A stretch of DNA of 64,000 nucleotides from an uncultured Oscillospiraceae bacterium (GTDB lineage Bacteria; Bacillota; Clostridia; Oscillospirales; QAMX01): contig CAZEUG010000001.1 in the NCBI GenBank assembly GCA_964515055.1, positions 122,732-186,731 on the forward strand. The letters are read 5' to 3'. Below are positions 9,259 to 18,342 of the stretch, in pieces (the first letter of the stretch is position 1; each line of letters opens with the position of its first letter). Position numbers and translations under genes: made by a program. The notes beneath the pieces are model-generated. The model was not told where the DNA came from, searched no databases, and worked only from the letters and a program-made list of their open reading frames with translations.

Positions 9259-11124
9259 TTACGCCTTCGGCATCAGAAGCCGGATGAAAATACCACCCTG
9301 AACCGTCCGATTCTGGAAGCTGCGCTGCTTGGCGGTGGAGGTGAAAAACCAGTCCGTCATCGGGACACGATCCGGCGTTTTATCATAGGCCGACCACAGC
9401 GGAGCAATCAACGCCTGGAATGCAGCTGCCGTCGTGCAGAGGGAAGCTGACCAGACGAGCCAGTCTGACTTCGTGTAGTCAGCGCGGTTGTCCAGCGGCA
9501 GACCGAAGCGGTTCTGTCTCTCCACATAGGAGGCGACCTCTGTCTCGGCAACGGACGGGTCGAACAGGTTCAGGCCGAAAATCGGATCCCAGATCATGTT
9601 ATATTTCATGCTGAAGGTACCGGGCTGATCAAACGCCAGACGGTAGGAACCGTCGCCGTTGGCAGCCAGCGTGACCCATTCGTCAGCCATGCGGTGAGCG
9701 GCGCTCTCATACGTGCTGCCGTCGCGGTCGGCCATGGCGAGCAGACGGGCGAAGCAGGCGAGTGCGCAGATGGATTTCAGCGACAGGTTGCAGTTGTGCG
9801 CCAGATGTCCGGCGAAGTCGTCGGTGCAGAGCTGGTTGTCCGGGTTGACGCCGACCTGAACCAGATAGTCTGCCCAGCGCGTCAGCAGGTCGAGGTGCGA
9901 AATCGCGAAGGATGCATCGCCCGAATAGTAGGCGGCGGCATACGCACAGATCAGCATATTGCCGCATTCCTCAACGGGCATCTGATTCTCCGGGTTCACG
10001 CCGTCGCTGTAGACCTGACCGTTGAGCAGCGGATAGCAGCCGGCATCGTGCGGTGCAAAGTCAAACGGCCATGCATCGGAAGCGGCATACCGGAAAATCG
10101 GCCGCAGCATCGCGTTGACCAGCTCCGGCTGGAACAGCAGGAAGAGCGGGATGGACGGATAGGTGACGTCCACTGTCGCCGCGCAGCCGTTCGAGAAGCA
10201 TTCCTTGGAGACAAAAATCGGTGCGCCGTCCGCATCCAGACAGAGCTTGTGCGCGGCAATGGCCTGACGATAGGCAAGCACCGTCAGCTCCAGATACTGT
10301 TCACCGCCCGCAGACAGGCAGCGCTCTGCCAGTGTGTGCGAGAAGGCATCGCAGCGGTGCAGAATGGCATGGCAATCGCGGAAGGCGCCAACCAGCATCT
10401 CTTCAAACGATTCACCGCAGGAATGCCAGTAGGCATCCACCGGTTCACCGAAATATTCGAGGGAGTGGATATCGTCATAAGCGAACGCAAACAGCACGGA
10501 GGAGCCGCAGGCGACAGGCGCAGAAACGGCAATACCTTCGGCTTCGCAGGAGGCGGAAGCACCGGCGGCATCGGTGGCCAGCCAGAAGTAGCCCCAGTCA
10601 ATCCGGACATCATCGCCAGAACGGTTCAACGGATGCTGCTCCGTGTTGCCGACACGAACGGCGCAGACGGAATCCAGATTCCGAACCTCTGCGGCCGTCT
10701 CATGCTGACCCTTGTGATCGAGGCAGAGCTCATGGTCGGCAAAAATGCGGAGCGATACCGTGTGCGGCTTGCCGTCTGTCGTCGAGGCCGTCACGGAGAG
10801 ATAGGAAACCGGGCGGGAGCAGAGCGCCAGATCAGTCAGAAGCAGCGGTGAGGTGAAGCGCAGCGTCAGTGCCACACCGGCTGCACAGTAGGTGTAGAAT
10901 GTGGAAAGATAGTCCATTTCAAAATTCGCCTGCGTCATGGCTTCGCCGGAGCCGCAGCCCATGAAATGGTAACTCTTGCCATCAATGACGGCTTCACCGA
11001 CCAGACGGTTTGGTTTTCCCGTCCAGTGGCAGGTGTCATGATCGACCAGTGTATCCGCGGTACACCAGACGGAAAAATAGGGATCAATCGTGATCAGCGG
11101 GGTGGCAGGTGGTCTCATTTTCAT
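9259..11124 (-). CDS. Glutaminase-A-like / DUF4965-DUF1793 family protein (probable intracellular glycoside-hydrolase-like enzyme)
   Basis: ORF 9259..11184. Start preferred at MKMRPPATPLITIDPYFSVW (ATG 11124); 11184 is an alternative. No signal peptide. Family is recalled from the N-terminal PLxxxDPYFSxW and (alpha/alpha)6-like C-terminal character, not searched. Confidence 0.65.
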   Translation of the reverse strand: MKMRPPATPLITIDPYFSVWCTADTLVDHDTCHWTGKPNRLVGEAVIDGKSYHFMGCGSGEAMTQANFEMDYLSTFYTYCAAGVALTLRFTSPLLLTDLALCSRPVSYLSVTASTTDGKPHTVSLRIFADHELCLDHKGQHETAAEVRNLDSVCAVRVGNTEQHPLNRSGDDVRIDWGYFWLATDAAGASASCEAEGIAVSAPVACGSSVLFAFAYDDIHSLEYFGEPVDAYWHSCGESFEEMLVGAFRDCHAILHRCDAFSHTLAERCLSAGGEQYLELTVLAYRQAIAAHKLCLDADGAPIFVSKECFSNGCAATVDVTYPSIPLFLLFQPELVNAMLRPIFRYAASDAWPFDFAPHDAGCYPLLNGQVYSDGVNPENQMPVEECGNMLICAYAAAYYSGDASFAISHLDLLTRWADYLVQVGVNPDNQLCTDDFAGHLAHNCNLSLKSICALACFARLLAMADRDGSTYESAAHRMADEWVTLAANGDGSYRLAFDQPGTFSMKYNMIWDPIFGLNLFDPSVAETEVASYVERQNRFGLPLDNRADYTKSDWLVWSASLCTTAAAFQALIAPLWSAYDKTPDRVPMTDWFFTSTAKQRSFQNRTVQGGIFIRLLMPKA

Positions 11125-11971
11125 TGGGTGAACAATCCTTTCTGTCGTTTGTGGTGGTTTCAGATGCAACCGGCGCAGCAGCATGGCGCCGGACCTTTGG
11201 AATCAGATTTCGGGCAATTTTGCCCTTGCCGCGTGTTTTGACGTAGAAATACCCGATAACGGAAAACACGACGGCGCCGATGAAGTTGACGAACAAATCC
11301 TTCATGGTGTCAATCAGACCGATGTCGAGATAGCCGCCGAGCGTCTCTGTCCAGTCCTCACCATTGATGATGACGCTGTCCGCCTGGACATGGTGGACGA
11401 CGTTCAGCCCGTCCGGGTCGAGACTGACACTGTTGATGGTGTGAATCACAGTATCCTTCTGCATATCGATATGCAGAAGCTGATCGGCAGAGAATTCAAA
11501 AAATTCCCAGAGCACACCAATCGTCATGGAAAAGCAGAAGGCGACAACGGCCAGGAAGAACGGCGACAAATGAAAGGAAATCTGTTCATCGCGGTTCAGA
11601 AGATCGACCAGAGAGAAACCGACCGCAGCCATGAGAAACCCGGTGGTGGTGTGCAGCATGGCATCCCAGAAGGGAACCTTTGTGAAAAATGAGGAAATTT
11701 CTCCGAGAATTTCTGCTGCGAAGATAAAGCAGAAGACGATATTCCGGAGAAGCGGCGGCAGATCCAGCCCGAGGCGATTTCCAAGAAAGCCCGGAACAGC
11801 AAACAACACCAGCGTCAGCAACCCGATGAATACGTTTTCGTAGTTGCCGAGCCACAGCTGACGGAAAATGATGACGACAACAATGGCTGACAGGATGCTC
11901 CGGACGATGGAACGATCCTGCTGCTGATCCCACAGCATATGAGCGCGCGACGATTTGCGGCATCGTTTCAT
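11084..11971 (-). CDS. Multi-pass membrane protein of unknown function
   Basis: 295-aa ORF with at least 5 hydrophobic spans (e.g. ILSAIVVVIIF, VFIGLLTLVLFAVPGFL, IVFCFIFAAEILG, FFLAVVAFCFSMTIGVLW, FIGAVVFSVIGYFYV). The basic, unstructured C-terminal tail overlaps the start of the downstream gene. Confidence 0.6.
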   Translation of the reverse strand: MKRCRKSSRAHMLWDQQQDRSIVRSILSAIVVVIIFRQLWLGNYENVFIGLLTLVLFAVPGFLGNRLGLDLPPLLRNIVFCFIFAAEILGEISSFFTKVPFWDAMLHTTTGFLMAAVGFSLVDLLNRDEQISFHLSPFFLAVVAFCFSMTIGVLWEFFEFSADQLLHIDMQKDTVIHTINSVSLDPDGLNVVHHVQADSVIINGEDWTETLGGYLDIGLIDTMKDLFVNFIGAVVFSVIGYFYVKTRGKGKIARNLIPKVRRHAAAPVASETTTNDRKDCSPNENETTCHPADHD

Positions 11972-12059
11972 GGCCGTGTACCTCCCTCCAGAATGTTTGC
12001 TGCCCTGAAAATAATTATATCATCAATGCACCGGAAAAGCAAGAACAAACCGACAAAAG

Positions 12060-12101
12060 GTGACAAAACGCCTGCCGCTGACCTGGGGAAAGCGGCAGGC
12101 G
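12060..12101 (-). terminator. Rho-independent terminator of the ctsR-clpC operon
   Basis: Minus-strand RNA forms an 11-bp perfect stem, CGCCUGCCGCU / AGCGGCAGGCG (12101-12091 / 12079-12069), followed by UUUUGUCACCUUUUG. It begins 7 nt after the clpC stop. Confidence 0.78.
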
Positions 12102-12107
12102 AAGAGT

Positions 12108-14591
12108 TCAGGCTTCAGCTGTTCCGTTGGAGACGGTTTGCGCAGTGATGGTTATGCGGCCGTCCTCGGCGGACAGCACCACGGTATCACCGGGTGAAAT
12201 GGTTCGGTCGAGCAGCTGCTCGGAGAGCGGATCCTCCACCAGCGAACGGATGGTTCTCCGCAGCGGACGCGCCCCGTACACGGGGTCGTACCCGGCGGTG
12301 GCCAGCAGCGCAACGGCTGCATCGTCCCACTGCAAACTGACCTGCAGCTCCTCCAAACGTCCGGCCAGCCCGGCCAGCATATGGACGGCGATTTGCCGGA
12401 TATCTGTTTCGGTCAGCTTGGCGAAGACAATGATGTCATCGATGCGGTTCAGAAATTCGGGGCGGAAGGTGTGCTTCAGCTCCTCCATGACAATGTCGCG
12501 CACGTTCCGGTTCTCATCGGAAACCGGCGCAAAGCCGAGCGGGTGATTCTGACGGACAATACTGCCCGCGCCGACGTTGGAAGTCATTACAATGATCGCA
12601 TTGCGGAAGCTGACATGACGCCCCTGACCATCCGTCAGAACGCCGTCTTCCATGATTTGCAGGAGGATGTTGAACACATCCGGATGCGCCTTCTCAATCT
12701 CGTCAAACAGAATCACGCTGTAGGGCTTCCGACGGACACGCTCCGTGAGCTGCCCGCCCTCTTCAAAGCCGACATACCCCGGTGGCGAACCGACCATCCG
12801 GCTGACGGTGTGCTTTTCCATATATTCGGACATATCAAAGCGGATCATGGCCGATTCATCGCCGAACAGACTTTCCGCCAGCGCCTTGCACAGCTCCGTT
12901 TTGCCGACGCCGGTCGGCCCCAGAAAGAGGAAGGAGCCGAGCGGACGCTTTGGATCCTTGAGCCCGGCACGGCCACGGCGAATGGCCCGGGCGACTGCGG
13001 TGACGGCTTCATCCTGCCCGATCACACGGGCGTGCAGCGTGGATTCCATATGCAGCAGGCGTTCACCCTCCGTCTCCGTCAGCCGACGAATTGGAATTCC
13101 GGTCCAGGCGGCAATGATCCCGGCGATGTCGTCCGCACCGATGGAATCGGCGTGCTTTGTCGATGCACTCTGCCAGGTCGAACGGCGCGCCTCAAGAAGC
13201 TCTTTTTTACGCGATTCTTCATCGCGCAGCGCAGCGGCCTTTTCAAAATCCTGGGCGCGGACAGCTTCCTCCTTCTCGACTGACAGCTGTGCAATTTCAT
13301 CGGCCAGCCCCTTCAGATCGGACGGCGGCGTCAGGGTGGACAGCCGCGCTTTTGCGGCGGCCTCATCGATCAGATCAATGGCCTTGTCCGGCAAAAACCG
13401 GTCGTTCAGATACCGCGCCGACAGGCGGACGGCGGCCTCAATCGCCTCATCCGGAATCTTGATCTTGTGATGCGCCTCGTAGCGGTCACGCAGCCCCTTC
13501 AAAATCAGGATACTGTCGGCCTCCGATGGCTCACCGATCTGCACCGGCTGGAAACGGCGTTCCAGCGCCGCATCCTTTTCAATGTGCTTCTTGTATTCAT
13601 CGAATGTCGTTGCACCGATCACCTGAATTTCGCCGCGTGCCAGAGCAGGCTTCAGAATGTTGGCCGCATCAATTGCGCCCTCTGCGCCGCCCGCACCGAT
13701 CAGCGTGTGGATTTCGTCGATGAACAGAATAATGTTCCCGGCCTTTTTGACTTCATCGAGAATGGCGCGGATGCGCTCCTCGAATTCTCCGCGGTATTTC
13801 GTTCCTGCGATGGTTCCGGCGAGATCGAGTGTGAAAATCTGCCGATCCTTCAGATTTTCCGGAATGTCGCCCAAAACGATTTTCTGTGCCAGCCCTTCCA
13901 CAACGGCTGTTTTGCCGACGCCGGGCTCACCGATGAGCACGGGGTTGTTCTTGGTTCGACGGGAAAGAATCTGAATCACACGGTTGATTTCCTCTGTCCG
14001 GCCGATGACCGGATCCAGACTGGAATCAGCGGCCATGGCGTTCAGATTGCGGGCGTACTCATGCAGCAGCTTCGGCTCACCGCCGGACGATGGCCGACCG
14101 TTTCCGGAAACGGCTCCGCCCTGCGCGGGGGCGGCCTCCGGTGTACTGTCGTGCTCACCACCGCCGACAGCCTTCAGCACGCATTCGGCGATTTTGCGCA
14201 GGTCGCCGCACAGCTCATAGAGAATGCGCGCACCGAGATTTTCCCGTTCGCGGAGGATGCCGAGCAGAATGTGCTCGGTTCCGATGTAGTTGTGGCGCAG
14301 CCGCACCGCCTCGTCCGAGGCGTAGTTCAGAATCAGCTTCGAACGCGGCGTCAAATCCTGCGGCTTGTCTCCGGCGGTTCCGAACCCGATATCCTCGCGG
14401 ATGCGCTCCGCAACGTCGTTGGCCGTGACGCCAAGACCGGTCAGCACCCGCGCAGCGACGCCCTCCTGCTCCTGTAGCAGGCCGAGCAGGAGATGCTCAC
14501 TCCCGATATAGCTGTGTCCCATTTCAACCGCAGCGGCGTAAGCCAGACTGATGGCACGGTTGGCGCGCTGCGTAAAACGTTTGTCTGTCAT
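12108..14591 (-). CDS. clpC: ATP-dependent Clp protease ATP-binding subunit ClpC
   Basis: 827 aa. Two Clp-N repeats ([30 protein letters not shown]), two AAA+ modules ([18 protein letters not shown]) and a UVR-like linker. It is the last gene after ctsR-mcsA-mcsB. Confidence 0.95.
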   Translation of the reverse strand: MTDKRFTQRANRAISLAYAAAVEMGHSYIGSEHLLLGLLQEQEGVAARVLTGLGVTANDVAERIREDIGFGTAGDKPQDLTPRSKLILNYASDEAVRLRHNYIGTEHILLGILRERENLGARILYELCGDLRKIAECVLKAVGGGEHDSTPEAAPAQGGAVSGNGRPSSGGEPKLLHEYARNLNAMAADSSLDPVIGRTEEINRVIQILSRRTKNNPVLIGEPGVGKTAVVEGLAQKIVLGDIPENLKDRQIFTLDLAGTIAGTKYRGEFEERIRAILDEVKKAGNIILFIDEIHTLIGAGGAEGAIDAANILKPALARGEIQVIGATTFDEYKKHIEKDAALERRFQPVQIGEPSEADSILILKGLRDRYEAHHKIKIPDEAIEAAVRLSARYLNDRFLPDKAIDLIDEAAAKARLSTLTPPSDLKGLADEIAQLSVEKEEAVRAQDFEKAAALRDEESRKKELLEARRSTWQSASTKHADSIGADDIAGIIAAWTGIPIRRLTETEGERLLHMESTLHARVIGQDEAVTAVARAIRRGRAGLKDPKRPLGSFLFLGPTGVGKTELCKALAESLFGDESAMIRFDMSEYMEKHTVSRMVGSPPGYVGFEEGGQLTERVRRKPYSVILFDEIEKAHPDVFNILLQIMEDGVLTDGQGRHVSFRNAIIVMTSNVGAGSIVRQNHPLGFAPVSDENRNVRDIVMEELKHTFRPEFLNRIDDIIVFAKLTETDIRQIAVHMLAGLAGRLEELQVSLQWDDAAVALLATAGYDPVYGARPLRRTIRSLVEDPLSEQLLDRTISPGDTVVLSAEDGRITITAQTVSNGTAEA

Positions 14592-14669
14592 GTGAGACCT
14601 CTTTTCTCCGCACGCATTCTGAACCGAACGGAGCGCCCGGCGGCGGACGGACGCCTCGAAATGCAGGGG

Positions 14670-15722
14670 TTACGCCAGACGCTCACGCAGCAGCGTGGCA
14701 CGGGCTTCATCGCGCTGCTCTGCATTGGCGGGCAGCATGGCATTCAGACAGAGCGTGGCGGGCTGAATATCAAAGAGCAGCGCGTTCACCGTCTGAATAT
14801 CGCCGGGAATCAGGCCGAGCGAAATGCCAAACCGTTCATCGCTGAGCAGCGTCATGGCGTCGTCGGCGGAAATCAGTCGCGCCGCCTTCAGAATGGCGTG
14901 GGAACGGCAGACGCGGTCCTCCAGCTGCAAACGGCTGCTTTCCAGAAGCGTCTGACGCGCCGCCCGTTCCTCCTGAATGATCTGCGCGACAATCTCCCGC
15001 AGATTGTCGCAGAGCTCCTGTTCGGTAGACCCAAGCGACATCCGGTTGGAAATCTGATACAGATGGCCGGATTCGCGGCTGCCCTCGCCGTAATACCCGC
15101 GAATGACCAGTCCCAGATTGCCGGCCTCGTTCATCAACGCCTTCAGACGGCCGTTGGCGGCCAGGAGCGGCAGATGCAGCATGACCGATACACGCATCCC
15201 GCAGCCGAGATTGGTCGGGCAGTGCGTCAGATATCCGAGCTTTTCATCGAACGCATAGTGCAGGTCTTCGCGATTCAGCCCCTCATCCAGCACCTGATCC
15301 AGCGCCACGGCACAGGCGAGACATTCGTTGATGCAGAAGCCGGAGCCCATGACCTGCAGGCGGAGGTGATCCTCTTCGTTGATCATGACGGAAATGCCCT
15401 CGTCGGCCGACAGACAGAGCGCACGGGGCAAGGTGCTCTTGGCAAATTCCGGCGAGATCAGATGACGTTCGACCAGACTGACCCGCTCCGCATCGGAAAG
15501 TGATGCCGACTTCCGGAAGGCAAAGAGCCCGGAAAACACCGGATTTTCCATCAGCTGGCGATTGAATGCGGAGACGACCTTTTCGGCGTCCTCCGGATTC
15601 TGCCGGGCGGGAAACGGAATGCCGTCTAAGTTGCGAGCCAGACGGATGCGTGTGCTGACAACAATATCACCGTCCGAACCGGAACGGTTGAGCCATTGAT
15701 TCAGTTGATTGTTATTTTCCAT
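14670..15722 (-). CDS. mcsB: Protein arginine kinase McsB
   Basis: 350 aa with a phosphagen-kinase-like core (RIRLARNL, INEEDHLRLQ, LGYLTHCPTNLGCGMR). Position is between mcsA and clpC. Confidence 0.9.
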   Translation of the reverse strand: MENNNQLNQWLNRSGSDGDIVVSTRIRLARNLDGIPFPARQNPEDAEKVVSAFNRQLMENPVFSGLFAFRKSASLSDAERVSLVERHLISPEFAKSTLPRALCLSADEGISVMINEEDHLRLQVMGSGFCINECLACAVALDQVLDEGLNREDLHYAFDEKLGYLTHCPTNLGCGMRVSVMLHLPLLAANGRLKALMNEAGNLGLVIRGYYGEGSRESGHLYQISNRMSLGSTEQELCDNLREIVAQIIQEERAARQTLLESSRLQLEDRVCRSHAILKAARLISADDAMTLLSDERFGISLGLIPGDIQTVNALLFDIQPATLCLNAMLPANAEQRDEARATLLRERLA

Positions 15723-15764
15723 AAACAGTCTTCATTCCCTTCGTGTTCTGACAATGCGCATGGC

Positions 15765-16301
15765 TCATTCAGCCTGCGTCTGTGGTGCATCCCCGTTGGA
15801 TGCCTCGGACTGCTTCAGTGCATTGATCCGGTCGCGCAGCACGGCAGCCTGTTCGAAATTTTCGGTCTGGATGGCTTCCTGCAGCTCCTTCTTCAGCTGC
15901 TCCATCTGACGGCGCGCCTCTTCCGCCGGGTCGGTCACCTTCTGCGCCGACAGCGGAATCCGCCCGCGGTGCGTCACATGGCCGTGCAGCTTGGCGATAT
16001 AGGGCGCGAGCATGGCGTCAAATGTTTGGTAACAGGCCGGACAACCGGCATACCCGGTCTTGGCAATGTCTGCGGAGGTCGCACCGCAGAGCGGACAGAC
16101 ACGCCGCACCGGTGCAATGGCACTGCGCAGCGCACTGGTCAGCAGCGAACCGATGCTGCTGAGGGACTCCAGCCCGTTGAAAACGCCGTGTGCCGATTCG
16201 GAGGCACAGACCGGACAGAGGTGCATCTCCGTCAACTGGCCGTTCAGGTTCTGTTTATAATGATATGTGGCTGTATTCTTTTTGCAACGATCGCAAAGCA
16301 T
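15765..16301 (-). CDS. mcsA: McsA (UvrB/UvrC-motif protein, McsB activator)
   Basis: 178 aa. N-terminal CxxC zinc-finger pairs (CDRCKK, CPVCASE, CPLCG, CPACY) and a C-terminal UVR motif (LKKELQEAIQTENFEQAAVLRDRINAL). Confidence 0.85.
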   Translation of the reverse strand: MLCDRCKKNTATYHYKQNLNGQLTEMHLCPVCASESAHGVFNGLESLSSIGSLLTSALRSAIAPVRRVCPLCGATSADIAKTGYAGCPACYQTFDAMLAPYIAKLHGHVTHRGRIPLSAQKVTDPAEEARRQMEQLKKELQEAIQTENFEQAAVLRDRINALKQSEASNGDAPQTQAE

Positions 16302-16309
16302 AGTTCATC

Positions 16310-16774
16310 TCACCTTTCTGAATGCTGCGCACAAGCGAGCAGACACTGTTTCATAATGGAAGCGCGGACGGCGTCACGTGATTCACGCGGCAGGTCGCGC
16401 AGCACGGCATCCGAAAAAGCCGCATGAATGACGGAAGCTGTTTGAAGGTCGAGTACACCGTCGGCCAGCAGATTTTGCAGAAAAGCAGTGGCCGACTGTG
16501 CGTCAATCACAGGGCCGATCGCGTTGATGACGTGCATCATCAACAGTGTCCGATCCATGTGGACGCGGGTAATCCGGATGTAACCACCGCCGCCGCGCCG
16601 ACTGTCCACGGTATAGCCGTGCTCCGGCGTGAAGCGCGTGGTCAGGACATAATTGATCTGGCTGGGGACGCAGTTGAAATGTTCAGCAAGCTCCCCACGG
16701 GAGAGCTGCACTGAACCGTCCTGCCGCTCCAGCTCCTGCTCGATATAATGAGCAATGAGGTCACTGATTCGCAC
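16310..16774 (-). CDS. ctsR: Class III stress-gene repressor CtsR
   Basis: ORF 16310..16870. The operator and the -10 element lie inside the 5' part of that ORF, so the true start is GTG 16774 (GGTGGTG SD), giving VRISDLIAHYIEQELE... of 154 aa. HTH region VPSQINYVLTTRF. Confidence 0.9.
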   Translation of the reverse strand: MRISDLIAHYIEQELERQDGSVQLSRGELAEHFNCVPSQINYVLTTRFTPEHGYTVDSRRGGGGYIRITRVHMDRTLLMMHVINAIGPVIDAQSATAFLQNLLADGVLDLQTASVIHAAFSDAVLRDLPRESRDAVRASIMKQCLLACAQHSER

Positions 16775-16788
16775 GTAAACACCACCAA

Positions 16789-16817
16789 TTTGACTTTGAC
16801 TTTCTTTGACCTTGACT
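16789..16817 (-). promoter_or_regulatory. CtsR operator (tandem GTCAAA heptads)
   Basis: Minus strand reads AGTCAAG GTCAAAG AA AGTCAAA GTCAAA. The core GGTCAAAGAAAGTCAAA (16811-16795) matches the published consensus (A/G)GTCAAANAN(A/G)GTCAAA exactly. It lies directly downstream of the -10 element. Confidence 0.85.
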
Positions 16818-16819
16818 AT

Positions 16820-16848
16820 ATTATACACCGCCCAAAACAGGGAAGCAA
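16820..16848 (-). promoter_or_regulatory. sigma70-type promoter of the ctsR operon (TTGCTT-17-TATAAT)
   Basis: Minus strand reads TTGCTT (16848-16843), a 17-nt spacer, then TATAAT (16825-16820). The operator abuts the -10 element. Confidence 0.6.
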
Positions 16849-17270
16849 GTGGAAAATCGGCGGAATCCAAAGGGCAAAATCACAAAAATCATGACAGTAC
16901 AAAAATATCGGACGAATTCTCATGATTTCAATGAAATTCGCTGACTTACTTCGAATTTCGCGATTTGATCAAAATCTGACCTTTGCTCTGATGCTGCGTG
17001 CGGACGGCGAAAACGGTTCCGATGGCGCACAGAAGCGGGGAACAGGGAACCGTCCGGGGACAATGGTTCCAAACAGAGCGGCCGGGACATTTGCAGCAAC
17101 GGTGTGTGATGACCGGCGGAAAAATCATTCGCAGTTTTCATGAATATTCCTTTCGACAAAGTGTGCATCCGGCGCAGGTTTCAGCGGGTGGTATGCTTAT
17201 TTTGCACAGCTCGGAGAGGAAGTATACAAAATGATTTTCAAAAAGTTCCGAATTATCATGGCAGAGGGGG

Positions 17271-17298
17271 TTGATTTTTTAGAGATTCATGGTAAAAT
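17271..17298 (+). promoter_or_regulatory. Promoter of the ferredoxin gene (TTGATT-16-TAAAAT, TG-extended)
   Basis: TTGATT at 17271-17276, a 16-nt spacer ending in TGG, then TAAAAT at 17293-17298. It lies 35 nt upstream of ATG 17333. Confidence 0.5.
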
Positions 17299-17332
17299 AT
17301 AGGTATCACTCTGAGATAGGGGGCTTTTATCC

Positions 17333-17503
17333 ATGGCTTACGTTATCGGTGAAGACTGCATTTCCTGCGGCGCTTGCGAAGCAGAATGCCCGGTCTCTGC
17401 GATTTCGCAGGGCGAAGACAGATATGTCATCGATCCGGAGGTCTGCGTCGAATGCGGCGCATGCGCCGGTGTCTGCCCGGTTGATGCACCGAAGCAGCAG
17501 TAA
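17333..17503 (+). CDS. 2x[4Fe-4S] clostridial-type ferredoxin (56 aa)
   Basis: Too short for the ORF track. My translation is MAYVIGEDCISCGACEAECPVSAISQGEDRYVIDPEVCVECGACAGVCPVDAPKQQ, with two CxxCxxCxxxCP motifs. GGGGG SD upstream. Confidence 0.88.
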   Translation: MAYVIGEDCISCGACEAECPVSAISQGEDRYVIDPEVCVECGACAGVCPVDAPKQQ

Positions 17504-17602
17504 TCAGCGCGACTTGCGGGGTTTACAGGGGCAGTGCGGCCAATGCCGCCTGCCCCGTCTCCGTATTCAGCCGGATTTTTTTGTCCCCTGGAGGGATTCT
17601 TT

Positions 17603-18325
17603 TTGGAAACGTTATGGAATGGCCTGACCTTTCGCAGCCCGGCCGCCTGTCAGAGCATCACAACGGACAGCGTCCTGCTGGCGGACTTTGCCGCAGAATC
17701 GCTTGATGAAAAGCGCATCCGTGCCTGCGATCTCTGCTGTGGCAGCGGGCTGATCACATTGCTGATGGCCGCCCGATGTCCGCGAGTGTCGTTTTGCGGG
17801 CTGGATGTCGATCCACAGGCCTGCGCGGACTATCAACAGAACGCCGCCGACAACGGCCTGACCCATCGCATGGAGACAATCTGCACCAACCTGTCCGATG
17901 TGCGCAATCGACTGCAGCCAGGCAGCTTTCAGGCCGTTGTGACCAACCCGCCGTATTTTGAACCGACTCGCGGTGCCGCCTCTCCGAACCCGGCCAGACA
18001 GCTGGCGCGGCAGGGCTGCTCGCTGAAAACGGTGCTGGCTTCGTCCGCCTACCTGCTCAACGGCCGCGGAACGCTCTTTCTGAGCTTCCCGGTTTCCCGC
18101 CTGGCCGAGCTGTTCTGTACCATGTCAGCTGCCGGAATCGAACCGAAACGGTTGCGTCTTGTCGCGCATACGGCGGAAGCCGCGCCGTCTGTTGCACTGG
18201 TCAGCGGGACCCCCGGTGCCGCTGCCGGTCTGCGCTGCGAACCGCTGCTGATATTGTATGACCGGCAGGGGCAGATGACGCCGGCCTGTGCCGCAGCCTA
18301 TGGACAAACCGGCCATGAAACATAA
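17603..18325 (+). CDS. SAM-dependent methyltransferase, tRNA1(Val) (adenine37-N6)-methyltransferase (TrmN6/YfiC/YabB)-like
   Basis: ORF 17534..18325. Start preferred at in-frame TTG 17603 (GGAGGG 7 nt upstream). NPPY motif (VVTNPPYFEP) and SAM-binding motif DLCCGSG. It is adjacent to rsmI, as yabB-yabC are in Bacillus. Confidence 0.7.
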   Translation: METLWNGLTFRSPAACQSITTDSVLLADFAAESLDEKRIRACDLCCGSGLITLLMAARCPRVSFCGLDVDPQACADYQQNAADNGLTHRMETICTNLSDVRNRLQPGSFQAVVTNPPYFEPTRGAASPNPARQLARQGCSLKTVLASSAYLLNGRGTLFLSFPVSRLAELFCTMSAAGIEPKRLRLVAHTAEAAPSVALVSGTPGAAAGLRCEPLLILYDRQGQMTPACAAAYGQTGHET

Positions 18326-18342
18326 AAGGAGCTTGCAGCAAG

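Noticed and set aside
17000-17135. Resemblance of the GC-rich core to known riboswitches (CGCACAG as in c-di-GMP-I; ACGGTTCCG and CCGGCGGAAAAAT as in guanidine-I/ykkC)
   Set aside because: Only short fragments match. The defining conserved blocks (GACGCAAAGC for GEMM-I; GGTCCGAGAG and GCCCGGGAGA for ykkC) are absent. There is also no suitably placed downstream gene on either strand.
16775-17332. A possible replication origin. Genes switch from minus to plus strand here, the stretch is AT-rich with a GATC-containing palindrome, and there are DnaA-box-like strings (TTATCCATG at about 17326, TGTGCATCC at about 17162)
   Set aside because: There is no dnaA/dnaN nearby. The box-like strings each have 2-3 mismatches, and minus-strand blocks reappear at 20-22 kb and 39-47 kb. 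GC skew cannot be evaluated reliably by eye. A cumulative GC-skew plot of the whole replicon would settle it.
17300-17332. CTGAGA in the ferredoxin leader, as a hint of a TPP riboswitch
   Set aside because: The leader is only about 30 nt long, too short for any aptamer.
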